A stretch of 64,000 bases of DNA from Promethearchaeota archaeon (GTDB lineage: Archaea > Asgardarchaeota > Lokiarchaeia > Sigyniarchaeales > SOKP01): contig JAUVXW010000009.1 of the NCBI GenBank assembly GCA_030603385.1, positions 32,001 to 96,000 of the forward strand. Reading direction: 5' to 3'. Made by a program: the position numbers and the translations under genes. Numbering within the stretch: the first letter of the stretch is position 1; every line of letters begins with the position of its first letter. Positions 8,899 through 18,475 of the stretch are shown here, one piece after another. A model generated the notes under the pieces. That model made no database searches, was not told where the DNA came from, and was given only the letters and a program-made list of their open reading frames with translations.

Positions 8899-11800
8899 TT
8901 AAGGATTAATCGGTATAATCAATTTTCGCTCTATCAACGTTTCAATGGCTACAATTATGAGATCCTTATTATCTTCACTAACCAATTCAATTACGTCATT
9001 TAAATTAACAATATTATTGTTTCTTTTTGATGCTGATTGGATTACATTTAATGTGCGGATCTCTAGTTTGTCTAAGTTTTTCTCTTTTCGCAATTTAAGA
9101 AGATCGATCTTTCCAGATAATCTGAAAGAGCCTTTATAGTGTAATTCAAAGTACTCGTTTATTATTGTAGGGACTAATTCTTCAAACAGGTCTAAGGAAC
9201 CATCCCAATTTTCTAATTCTATAGATAATTTTAGATTTAAGGCTAAAACCAAATTAGATACTTGACTTTTTAACCTTTCAGAAGACTTTTCTCTTAGGAT
9301 AAATACAGCTCTTACATCATCTTTATCTGCGATTAAACAGTAGAAATACTTGAAATCCAACTCAATAATCTTCTCAATACCATAGCTCTTTGTAGATTTC
9401 TTTGATTCTACGGAACTTATTTCTTGTTCAGAAAACTCTTCTCCAACAGTTGTTATTGCTTGAATAAATCCTGAGAATAATTCCTTCTTGTGTTTTTCTA
9501 AAATCGAATAGCTCTGCGAATAAATAGGTATCCCGCTCAATTTATGTATTATTACAATAGCCTGAATATTTTTGAGGTCCTTAAATCTTTGTGTTTTTGC
9601 TAACAATTCTGCTTCTTTCTTCCTCTTTCTTGGTAGAATTACATAAGACCTTAAACTTAATATTCCTAAAGCACTAACTATGCTTATTAATACACCTATA
9701 ATTATCCATAACAACAGGCCTGGGAATTCATTTCCACCAACAACAGGTTCACCGATTACAACAATAAATGAGTATATAGTTGATTTGTAGATTGAACCAT
9801 TAGGTGTAATTATTAAATCAAATTTATAATTACCTTCTAATCCTTCTGGCAATTTTATATCTACTTCATAAGTTCCAGGAGCGGTCTGATTGATAGTGCC
9901 TATACCATAATCCCATGTATATTTTATAGTCGCGTCTTCGATGATATTTAGTGTTTTATTATCTAGTAATTGAATTTGAATATTTATTGTTTCTCCTACT
10001 TCAGCATTTATTGTGTCTTCAAAACTAATTGGATCTACCTTTATTTCAATCTGATCTATCAAAAGTTGAAAACTGAAAGTTGCATTTTTATAATTAGGAT
10101 GTTCAAATTGAAGGTAAACTAAATTAAACCATAAAGAAAAATCCTCCTGTGAACATATAATTGTTGTATTATACCAGAAATTGGGGTTTATTGTCAAATT
10201 CTTTTGGAAAGCACCGCTTATACAAGTTATTACACCCCCGGTTAAATATTCTGCGTCTATATTTGAGAGTGCCCTTACTGATATATTAAGCTCTTCGTTG
10301 AAAACTGTTCCTAATAATGCATTTTCATTAATTTGTTGAGAATTGATATAAGCTAATAAATTTACAGATTGTTTTATCATCTCAAATTCATAAATATAAT
10401 ATTGAGGTTCGTAAGCTACTGCAGAAAAATTAATCCTCAACTGATAACTACCAATATCGTCAATAAAAAGGGTACTAAATTCTATTTCATATACACCGTT
10501 TCCAGGATTTTTAATTGTATATAAAGATTCATTACTGATGCTGACATTGACTAATGCTCCATCAATCCCATCGCCGTCATAATCTGAAAACTTAAATCTT
10601 ATAGTACTATTAGCATGTAATTCGATCTCATTATCTGATTCAAGAACTTGTATATTTGTTTCTTCACCTAAGTTAATTTCTAATGTAATATTACTCGTAA
10701 TAAATCCAATTTTTGAAGAATTAATAATTATATTATGCAATCCTCGTGATATTAAGTCCCCAGTAAATAACGTTGTTTCATAAATACCTAATCCTGAATC
10801 TGTAAAATAACGAGTCCCATCAGACCAGTTATAAGATACAATCGCATTGGGTATTGTAAAATTATTTTCAAAATCTTTTAAGAGAATCCTTACTGGAATA
10901 ATATCACCGACAAATCCCTCAGTTCTTAAGTCTAACTCTGCGTCATCTGGTTTTAATAAAGTTAGTGAAGTCTGATGGTTTACAATAAGGTCGGATTTAA
11001 CTCCACCAATGGCAGTTCCATTACTCCAAAATATCGTATAATTATATTGACCTCCTATTGAATTCAAGGCTGTGAACGTGATCTCAGAAAATAATACAGT
11101 TCCATTAGAAAGAGGATTTATAGCTTCTTCAAACCAAATTGAACCAGTTGGGTCATAGATGGTTAAATTTACCATAGTTAAAGCTAAATTTGGAGGAATT
11201 TCATTACTATTATTAATTTGGGTTCTAATTTTGGTAGATTCACCTGTAACAAATGATGATTCTACCCATTGACCTTGTTTAAACATTTTAGTGTTTGAAC
11301 TGTTAAGGTAATTAGGTGATGTTGCTACGAATGACCACCAACCAGGAAATATCGCGAATGTAGTATTGATTGTTAAATAAGTTTCCCCATTACTCCCACC
11401 CTCATAAGAAACTGATTGTAATGTAGGATCTAAAACTGAAGTAATTTCCCCGTTTGTCGGCTTAGTAATTGTAAATTCAAAATCAGTATATTGAGATGGC
11501 ATATAAAAATTATGAGTAAACTCCCAATAAACTGATCCATTTTCCAAAATTGTATAACTGATCCCTTCTTGAACTGTTTGTCCAATTTTAGTTGTTGTAT
11601 CATGATACCCATACAAGAACGTATCTAATTCAAATTCTAAAGATGGAGATGCTGTTTGGATAGTTAAAACTACAGGATTATATTCCCATTTTCCAGTAAA
11701 ATTTCGAGAAGAATGCCCCCATTGATTCCCATCAGAAAGGATTTCACTGTTTATAGTAAGGTTTATATCACTTTGGGTTGAATTAGCAAGTGTCGTCAGT

Positions 11801-13068
11801 TCTAAAGAGACGTTATCAAACCTGAAAATTTGTTGAAATTGATCCTCAAAACCACTATACGTAATCGAAGCACCACTCATTATGCCAATTGAAATATTAA
11901 ACTCATTATTATTTTTAATATTTTCAAAAATATTTGAGGTATTTAACCATAAATCCATATTTATCTTTCCAGTATGGTGCCATGTTTGCCTCCCTGCGTC
12001 TGCAACATCTCCGATACCTTTTGAATATACTTTTTTATTATTAATTTCACAATATATAAAATTTTCATTAGAATCCATAGCAAATTCAGCGTAATAATCG
12101 AAACTAATATAAGCATCAATAACAGCACCTCTGGGGATGGTTATATTTTGATATAATTCTACAAAATCTCCTTCATAATAAACCGTATCATATTGTGGTA
12201 GGTCAGGGGAGATTTCTGAATATAATGCCACAAACATACTATCTGCACCCCCAACATTACCCGCTCCATAATTAGTCATTGTAGAAGAATTTGCATTAAA
12301 TCCCCATGATGGTGAATTCACATAGAAGTTAGAGCTCGTATTAATAAACTCATAATAGTCGATTTTATATCCCCAATACTCGTATAAACCGTCTGATTCA
12401 AAGTAGAAATTTAATTCACTTCCCCAAATCCAAGGTGAATAATAGTCAGATTTAAATCCTGTTTCAGTATAGATTATTGTATTATTTTCATTTTCAATAA
12501 AGAAATAATCCCAACTATCCTCAAATTCTAACCGCGTAAAATGAACTCTCATCGCTATTGTTCCAGGATTCGCAGTAATTGAGTCTAGAGTCTGAGGTCG
12601 ACCTCTATTTGGCTGATAATCATGAGGACTTTCTTTACCTGAAACATTTAATCTATAAATGGTAATTGGTAAAAAATCGCTATTATTAACCCACTCCCTA
12701 GTATCTTGTATACTTCGTATTGAATTCTGAATTTCTGAAACTTTCCAATCATGGACTTCATCTAAATAATATGTTAAATTCACTTCTTCCAGATTTGATG
12801 CTGAGATATCTTGATTAAATTTATAAAGATTTCCAGTATCAGTAATATTCAAAGATGGTTCTAATCCTTGGAACAAGATAGCACCACCATTAGCGCCGTT
12901 TAATTCATGTTTAAATATCTTCTTATCATTAATATAATCGTTATCATCAGAGTGGAAGGTTATATTTAAAATAGAATTAAAAAATAACAGTGAAACCAAT
13001 ATCATTGAAATAATAGACAGACAATTTATTTTCTTCTTCATTGAAGAAATCTTTTTATTACATTTCAT
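8899..13068 (-). CDS. Large single-pass surface protein: CUB-like and Ig-like ectodomain, TM helix, cytoplasmic longin-like domain
   Basis: Signal peptide; CUB-like MRVHFTRLEFEDSWDY...FYFESDG...WGYKID; GxY beta repeats; TM LLWIIIGVLISIVSALGIL; cytoplasmic IVIIHKLSGIPIYS...LFSGFIQAITTVGEE. Confidence 0.75.
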   Translation of the reverse strand: MKCNKKISSMKKKINCLSIISMILVSLLFFNSILNITFHSDDNDYINDKKIFKHELNGANGGAILFQGLEPSLNITDTGNLYKFNQDISASNLEEVNLTYYLDEVHDWKVSEIQNSIRSIQDTREWVNNSDFLPITIYRLNVSGKESPHDYQPNRGRPQTLDSITANPGTIAMRVHFTRLEFEDSWDYFFIENENNTIIYTETGFKSDYYSPWIWGSELNFYFESDGLYEYWGYKIDYYEFINTSSNFYVNSPSWGFNANSSTMTNYGAGNVGGADSMFVALYSEISPDLPQYDTVYYEGDFVELYQNITIPRGAVIDAYISFDYYAEFAMDSNENFIYCEINNKKVYSKGIGDVADAGRQTWHHTGKINMDLWLNTSNIFENIKNNNEFNISIGIMSGASITYSGFEDQFQQIFRFDNVSLELTTLANSTQSDINLTINSEILSDGNQWGHSSRNFTGKWEYNPVVLTIQTASPSLEFELDTFLYGYHDTTTKIGQTVQEGISYTILENGSVYWEFTHNFYMPSQYTDFEFTITKPTNGEITSVLDPTLQSVSYEGGSNGETYLTINTTFAIFPGWWSFVATSPNYLNSSNTKMFKQGQWVESSFVTGESTKIRTQINNSNEIPPNLALTMVNLTIYDPTGSIWFEEAINPLSNGTVLFSEITFTALNSIGGQYNYTIFWSNGTAIGGVKSDLIVNHQTSLTLLKPDDAELDLRTEGFVGDIIPVRILLKDFENNFTIPNAIVSYNWSDGTRYFTDSGLGIYETTLFTGDLISRGLHNIIINSSKIGFITSNITLEINLGEETNIQVLESDNEIELHANSTIRFKFSDYDGDGIDGALVNVSISNESLYTIKNPGNGVYEIEFSTLFIDDIGSYQLRINFSAVAYEPQYYIYEFEMIKQSVNLLAYINSQQINENALLGTVFNEELNISVRALSNIDAEYLTGGVITCISGAFQKNLTINPNFWYNTTIICSQEDFSLWFNLVYLQFEHPNYKNATFSFQLLIDQIEIKVDPISFEDTINAEVGETINIQIQLLDNKTLNIIEDATIKYTWDYGIGTINQTAPGTYEVDIKLPEGLEGNYKFDLIITPNGSIYKSTIYSFIVVIGEPVVGGNEFPGLLLWIIIGVLISIVSALGILSLRSYVILPRKRKKEAELLAKTQRFKDLKNIQAIVIIHKLSGIPIYSQSYSILEKHKKELFSGFIQAITTVGEEFSEQEISSVESKKSTKSYGIEKIIELDFKYFYCLIADKDDVRAVFILREKSSERLKSQVSNLVLALNLKLSIELENWDGSLDLFEELVPTIINEYFELHYKGSFRLSGKIDLLKLRKEKNLDKLEIRTLNVIQSASKRNNNIVNLNDVIELVSEDNKDLIIVAIETLIERKLIIPINP

Positions 13069-13178
13069 TTAGTTCCCCTTTAATAAAAGAAGTTAACCTA
13101 TATTCCTATGTAATAAAAATGAAATTTCATAAATTTAAATAATTGTTTTGGCCAAAATTTTAAAATTGGTCTGGAATC

Positions 13179-13493
13179 TTAGTTAGGTAAAAATTCTTCC
13201 TTTAAATCCGCAATTAAAGATTTTCTATCTTTAACAGATATACGATTAATATTAACTCCACGATTATTATAAGTATCGGGAGGTATATCTTCAAATAAAG
13301 ACAACATTAAAATAATAGAATTAGTAACTAAGACTCGGTTTTTTGCTTTATCTAATAATTTCATCAATTCTATTAAGGAATGATCTTTCCAAATCTCAGT
13401 TTTTTCCCTATTTACTTTTTCGTTTTGAAAATAGTCAAGAATTTTCAAATAACAATCTAATTCAAAATCTTCGGTATTCTTGTTAATTTTCAT
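13179..13493 (-). CDS. Hypothetical protein
   Basis: 104-aa ORF. Confidence 0.6.
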   Translation of the reverse strand: MKINKNTEDFELDCYLKILDYFQNEKVNREKTEIWKDHSLIELMKLLDKAKNRVLVTNSIILMLSLFEDIPPDTYNNRGVNINRISVKDRKSLIADLKEEFLPN

Positions 13494-13814
13494 CTTTTTT
13501 TAGTAAGCACTTCGATTCTATTTATTTAAACTTAAAACTTATTTTTAAGTCAGTTTATTTTATCACATTTTTGTTATAGTATTCCGTACAATTTTGCTTT
13601 TTCCTAAGTTAACTACTACTAATAACCCCGTACAGCTATATTTTTATAGAGTATAATTTGTGTGTAAAAATCTTTTAGTATTTAGATAATAAATTTTTGT
13701 GCCTTTTTATTTTCTAATATAATATATAGATATCACTAAATTTTGGAAAATGAAATTTAGACTTATTTTATTAAAGAATTTAAAATAAAAACTATGCTAA
13801 ATTCTTAAGAAAAA

Positions 13815-14441
13815 ATGCAAGATTTATTCGAGGTTATAAACAATCTTAAGAAGAGTGAAGTTAGTAAATTAGTAGAACGCAGAATTAATGAATTTAAAGA
13901 AATTAGAAGCAAATTTCATGATAAAATATTTGGAGAACTTAGTTTTTGTGTTATGACAGCAAACTGCAGTGCAGAGAAATGTATTGAAGTTCAAAAGTTA
14001 GTAGGTGCTGGATTCCATAATTTACCTGAAGTGAAATTAGCTCAAAAATTAAGATTAAATGGCTATAGGTTTCCTAATATTAGAGCGAAATATATTGTAC
14101 AAGCAAGAGAATTACAAGGAGAATTAAAAAGCAATATTAAAACCTATAAAGATCTCCATAAGTTAAGAGAGTGGATTGTAAAAAATATTAAAGGATTAGG
14201 ATATAAAGAAGCTAGCCATTTTCTAAGGAATATAGGTTTTACGGATTATGCGATAATAGATTTTCATATTTTAGATCTTCTAACGAAATTTAACCTAATT
14301 GAAAAGCCGAAAACTTTAACAAAAACAAAATATCTTGAAATAGAGGAATTATTAGAAAAAATCTCAGAAGGATTAAACTTAAATCTTGCTGAACTTGACC
14401 TTTATATGTGGTATATGGAGACTGGAAAGATCCTTAAATAA
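13815..14441 (+). CDS. ogg: 8-oxoguanine DNA glycosylase/AP lyase (archaeal OGG2 type)
   Basis: ELSFCVMTAN, GYRFPNIRAKYI, HhH IKGLGYKEASHFLRNIG, AIIDFHI, LDLYMWYMETGKILK. Confidence 0.93.
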   Translation: MQDLFEVINNLKKSEVSKLVERRINEFKEIRSKFHDKIFGELSFCVMTANCSAEKCIEVQKLVGAGFHNLPEVKLAQKLRLNGYRFPNIRAKYIVQARELQGELKSNIKTYKDLHKLREWIVKNIKGLGYKEASHFLRNIGFTDYAIIDFHILDLLTKFNLIEKPKTLTKTKYLEIEELLEKISEGLNLNLAELDLYMWYMETGKILK

Positions 14442-14475
14442 AAATCCTAATTTTAATGGGATATGATTTTTAGGG

Positions 14476-14617
14476 TGGGGTGTATATAGAATTAATCTTT
14501 TTTTGGAATAACGGTTGTTTTCCTGTCTTGTGTATCACGTGTACTTCTGTTAAGGCTAATGAAATCATTTTCCTTTATTGTACAGTGAATATACATGTTA
14601 GTCTATATATCACCCCA
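14476..14617. ncRNA. Candidate structured RNA (long fold-back) in the intergenic region
   Basis: TGGGGTGTATATAGA (14476-14490) pairs with TCTATATATCACCCCA (14602-14617); inner stem 14529-14544 pairs with 14580-14595. Confidence 0.4.
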
Positions 14618-14702
14618 TTTTAAAGAGGAATGATGAATTACAACTTCACAGAAATAATAAGACAAAAGTGTATATAAAGCTTTTGATTATTTTTATTACT
14701 TT

Positions 14703-14993
14703 TTATGAAACTATAGGAGGCTTTAACTCTCTTTTTTTCTTTTTTTTACTGATAATACCATGTTTCCTTTCTTTCTGTTTAGTATAAATTCCAATAAAAA
14801 TTAGAAATATTGAAAATCCTAAATAAGAAATACAAACTGTGAGTCCAATGTAGAAATTTGTAACGTCTCTAATTCCATAAATTAATGTTGAAAAAATTAT
14901 ACCAATTAATGCCAAAATTGAGTTAACGATACCGCAAATTATGTCAAAATAAAGACCCTTTCTTTCCTCTGTAGCTTTATCTTTACGAACCAA
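14703..14993 (-). CDS. Small two-TM membrane protein
   Basis: Two hydrophobic segments and a basic tail. Confidence 0.65.
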   Translation of the reverse strand: MVRKDKATEERKGLYFDIICGIVNSILALIGIIFSTLIYGIRDVTNFYIGLTVCISYLGFSIFLIFIGIYTKQKERKHGIISKKKKKRELKPPIVS

Positions 14994-15026
14994 TACTGTA
15001 TTTGATTATTTAATTATTCAATTTGA

Positions 15027-16211
15027 TTATTTAATAAAGTTTTCGAGTTTATTATACACAGTTTCTAAAATTTTTAAATTAGGTAAGAATGTAAATCTAA
15101 CATGACCTCTTCCATATTCACCAAATCCAGAGCCATAAACAGTACAAATTCCTGTTGTTTCAAGTAAATCTATGACAAACTCCTTATCATCCTTCCATTT
15201 TCCTAATTCAGTAAAATCAAATTTTGGGAAGAGGTAAAATGCACCGTTAGCTTTGACACAAGTAATCCCTTCAATTTTTCTTAATCTTTCATATGAATAA
15301 TCTCTTCTCTCCTTTAATTTTCCAACCATTTCTTTTGTATGTGTTCCAGGGTTTTTTAAAATTTCAATAGCAGCATATTGAGCAATTGAACTTGCGGATA
15401 ATCTTGCTCTTGCCATTTTTGCAATACCCTCTTTTAATTCATCTAATTTATTTTCGGGATCATGATAGTACATATATCCTAAACGCCACCCTGTCGCAAG
15501 ATGAGTTTTTGAGAAACCATTCAATCCAATTACTGGAACATCCTTACTAAGACTTGCAGGACACGTGAAAGGTTTTTCATAGATGATTTGATCATAAATC
15601 TCGTCTGATAAAATAGGTATGTCATATTCCCCAGCAATATCTATTATTTGCTTTATCATTTTTTCACTGAACATTACACCAGTAGGATTATTAGGAGAAC
15701 AAATTAAGATTGCTTGAGTTCTTTCATTAATTTTTTTCCTTAAATCATCAATATCGGGTTCCCAATCATTAGATTCATCTAATCCATATTCTACAGGAAT
15801 TCCATCAAAAAAATTAGCATAATTTATATATAATGGATAACTTGGTCCAGGAATTAATAGCTCCTTCTTATTCTCTATCATTGCAGCTATGAGAAAAAAA
15901 ATAGCTTCAGTTACCCCTGTAGTAACCAAAATATCATTTGAGTTTATATTAAGGTTATAATTTTGAGTTAAAGACTTACTTAATTCCTCTCTAAGTTCTG
16001 GAGCACCTAATGAATCAACATAAAAATTTTTGCCTCCAAAAGAAGCATCTGCTAATGCTTGGGATATATACCGAGGCGTATTAAAATCAAATATTACAGG
16101 GTCTCCAATATTTAAATGATATATTTTCTTCCCGCTTTTAGCAACTTTATTAGCAACCGCAGCTATTTCGCGTATTGCATAGGAAATTTCTTTAATTCTT
16201 TGGGCAACCAT
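15027..16211 (-). CDS. PLP-dependent aminotransferase class I/II (alanine aminotransferase-like)
   Basis: LNIGDP, SPNNPTG, SDEIYD, NGFSKTHLATGWRLG. Confidence 0.92.
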   Translation of the reverse strand: MVAQRIKEISYAIREIAAVANKVAKSGKKIYHLNIGDPVIFDFNTPRYISQALADASFGGKNFYVDSLGAPELREELSKSLTQNYNLNINSNDILVTTGVTEAIFFLIAAMIENKKELLIPGPSYPLYINYANFFDGIPVEYGLDESNDWEPDIDDLRKKINERTQAILICSPNNPTGVMFSEKMIKQIIDIAGEYDIPILSDEIYDQIIYEKPFTCPASLSKDVPVIGLNGFSKTHLATGWRLGYMYYHDPENKLDELKEGIAKMARARLSASSIAQYAAIEILKNPGTHTKEMVGKLKERRDYSYERLRKIEGITCVKANGAFYLFPKFDFTELGKWKDDKEFVIDLLETTGICTVYGSGFGEYGRGHVRFTFLPNLKILETVYNKLENFIK

Positions 16212-16463
16212 AATTATTCACACGTTCTTGAAGATATAATAGTGAAAAATATATTTAGTAATTATTCAACAAAATTTAATAATTTTTTTTTAGTTGCAAG
16301 ATTAGCCCAAATCACGAAATCTTTTAATTTCGTATAATAGATACGATTAAAATTTGACAAAATTATCATATAAATTTATATATTATATTGATAAAGATAT
16401 TATTATAATATCTAAATAAAAATCCTACTACACAAATAATTAAATTATAAAGAGGAAAATAAA

Positions 16464-16670
16464 ATGATTTTTCAAGATTATGGGTTAGCAGCTGGTGTAT
16501 TGATGTTTATCCTTATACTTTCTGTTGTATTTCTTATTATTGGTATTGCATTAGCAGTTTGGGTTTATAAGGATGCAAAGAAGAGAGATATGAATGCTGC
16601 CGTATGGTTATTAATTGTGCTCCTGACTGGATGTTGTGGATGTGTAATTTATTTAATTGTCAGAGATTAA
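16464..16670 (+). CDS. Small membrane protein (PLDc N-terminal-like)
   Basis: WVYKDAKKRDMNAAVWLLIVLL...IYLIVR pattern. Confidence 0.7.
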   Translation: MIFQDYGLAAGVLMFILILSVVFLIIGIALAVWVYKDAKKRDMNAAVWLLIVLLTGCCGCVIYLIVRD

Positions 16671-16729
16671 ATATAACTAAAACTATTTTTTTTTTCTAAT
16701 TCAATATCAACAAGGGCAATGATTCAAAA

Positions 16730-17302
16730 ATGAAGTTATCTCGAATATTACTTTTTTTCTCAGATATAAAACCAATATTATTGTCACACCATCCAAATTG
16801 CACTGCATTTTCTAATCATGTGTATAACCTTGGAAGATTCAAATTATGTATTGGGTGTTTCACTTTTTATCCCACAATTGTAGTAACTATTCTATTCATT
16901 TTAACATTCTTTAATCTAACATTAATTAACCTTTTTGTTATGTTTTTTATCTCTTTTGTGTTTTTCATACCCATCGTCTTAAACATTTTTGGATTGACCA
17001 AATATAAGTTGCTAAAAATTCTTACAAAAATTTCAATTGGAATAGGAACAGGTTTGTTAATAGTCTCGACAGTTTGTCTTCCAATTTTCCTTTTCATAAA
17101 GATTTCAATCTTAATTGATATTCATTTTATTACTGGGGCAATTGCATATATAAGAGCAAAGCATATCAAGGAAAGATGCTTAGATTGTGAATTTGAGGGT
17201 AATTGGGATCGCTGTCATGCTATGAAGCCCATAATGGACAAATTATATGAACATAATTTTAAGAGAAAGAAAAAATCAGTTAATGATGATTTAAAAGAGT
17301 AA
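16730..17302 (+). CDS. Multi-TM membrane protein with Cys/His motifs
   Basis: SHHPNC...H...LCIGC, four TM segments, C-terminal CLDC...C. Confidence 0.7.
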   Translation: MKLSRILLFFSDIKPILLSHHPNCTAFSNHVYNLGRFKLCIGCFTFYPTIVVTILFILTFFNLTLINLFVMFFISFVFFIPIVLNIFGLTKYKLLKILTKISIGIGTGLLIVSTVCLPIFLFIKISILIDIHFITGAIAYIRAKHIKERCLDCEFEGNWDRCHAMKPIMDKLYEHNFKRKKKSVNDDLKE

Positions 17303-17351
17303 GAGTATTCCTTTTAAAATTAATAAAAATAAATAAGAAACACGTTTTAGG

Positions 17352-18413
17352 TTATAATAATAAATTCCAATCAATTTCTTTTTCGATCAAGGCTAAAACT
17401 TTATCCGTCTCATCTTCTTGAATACCTGGTCTCAAACGTTCTAAATTTCTCATAGTCGTATATGTGTCTGATGGACTTAAAATTATCGGGATATTTTTGT
17501 CATTCGCAGCAGTAATTACACCCATATCAGGTTGAATGAATCCTGTTAATATTAATGTTGAGACATCTTGATCTAATGCAGCCATTGCTAAGTCTGTCCG
17601 ATCACCACCTGTAATAAATGCTGCCCGTTTAACCTGTCTTAAATATTTTAATGCAGATTGTGCATTCATAGCACCTATGAGGAATTTTTCTACGAGATTA
17701 TCTAATCCTGACGTTGCTGATTCATTTATTAATTCTCCTCCAATTTGCTCTTTAATCTCGTTTACGCGAGGAGAAAATAATTCAACACTCTTTTCTATTA
17801 TACCCAAAATAGGGATATTATATTTAGTTATATGACCATCTGAAAGCTCTTTGATTCGTGCAATATATTCAAAATCTATTTTATTGAAAAGAATTCCTAA
17901 AATGCTTATTTTTCGAAAATCAAAATATTTTTTCGTAAAAAAGAAGTCGTCTATACATCGATCTGAGGATTCTGTTGAAATATAAATTAATTCTTTTATT
18001 CCTAAGTTCTCTGCAATGCTTACATCATCAATACCTAATCTAACGAATTTTCTTATGCTAGGATTTCCTTCAATTACAATGTAATCCACATCTTTAGCGA
18101 TTTTGTCATAAGCATTCTTAATCTTTGCTAAGTATTCTTCTTTTTTGCTTGCATCAACTAAATCAATATAATATGCATCCGGAATTGAGGTTGGAGAAAT
18201 GTAGTCATATGGATATTCTGTTTTATAGACAGTATTTAGGATGAACCCAACATCAGGGTCCGCTTTATTGGTAAATGCTGCTTTTGGCACCCCAATTGGT
18301 TTAAAATAGGCAAACTTCTTCCCTTCTTTTTTTAACTTTTGGATAAAACCAATTGAAAGAAAACTTTTCCCAGCATGTTCTTTTAATGAACAAAAATAAA
18401 ATGTTTTTATCAT
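17352..18413 (-). CDS. DRTGG-domain phosphotransacetylase-family protein (BioD-like N-terminus)
   Basis: HAGKS, YFKPIG, IGAM, ITGGDRTDL, DTYTT; downstream of the acetyl-CoA synthetase gene. Confidence 0.85.
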   Translation of the reverse strand: MIKTFYFCSLKEHAGKSFLSIGFIQKLKKEGKKFAYFKPIGVPKAAFTNKADPDVGFILNTVYKTEYPYDYISPTSIPDAYYIDLVDASKKEEYLAKIKNAYDKIAKDVDYIVIEGNPSIRKFVRLGIDDVSIAENLGIKELIYISTESSDRCIDDFFFTKKYFDFRKISILGILFNKIDFEYIARIKELSDGHITKYNIPILGIIEKSVELFSPRVNEIKEQIGGELINESATSGLDNLVEKFLIGAMNAQSALKYLRQVKRAAFITGGDRTDLAMAALDQDVSTLILTGFIQPDMGVITAANDKNIPIILSPSDTYTTMRNLERLRPGIQEDETDKVLALIEKEIDWNLLL

Positions 18414-18475
18414 TTTCTTCCCTTATCTTAACTTTTTACTTTCTATTTTATTTTAATTTACTTAATAATAATTAT

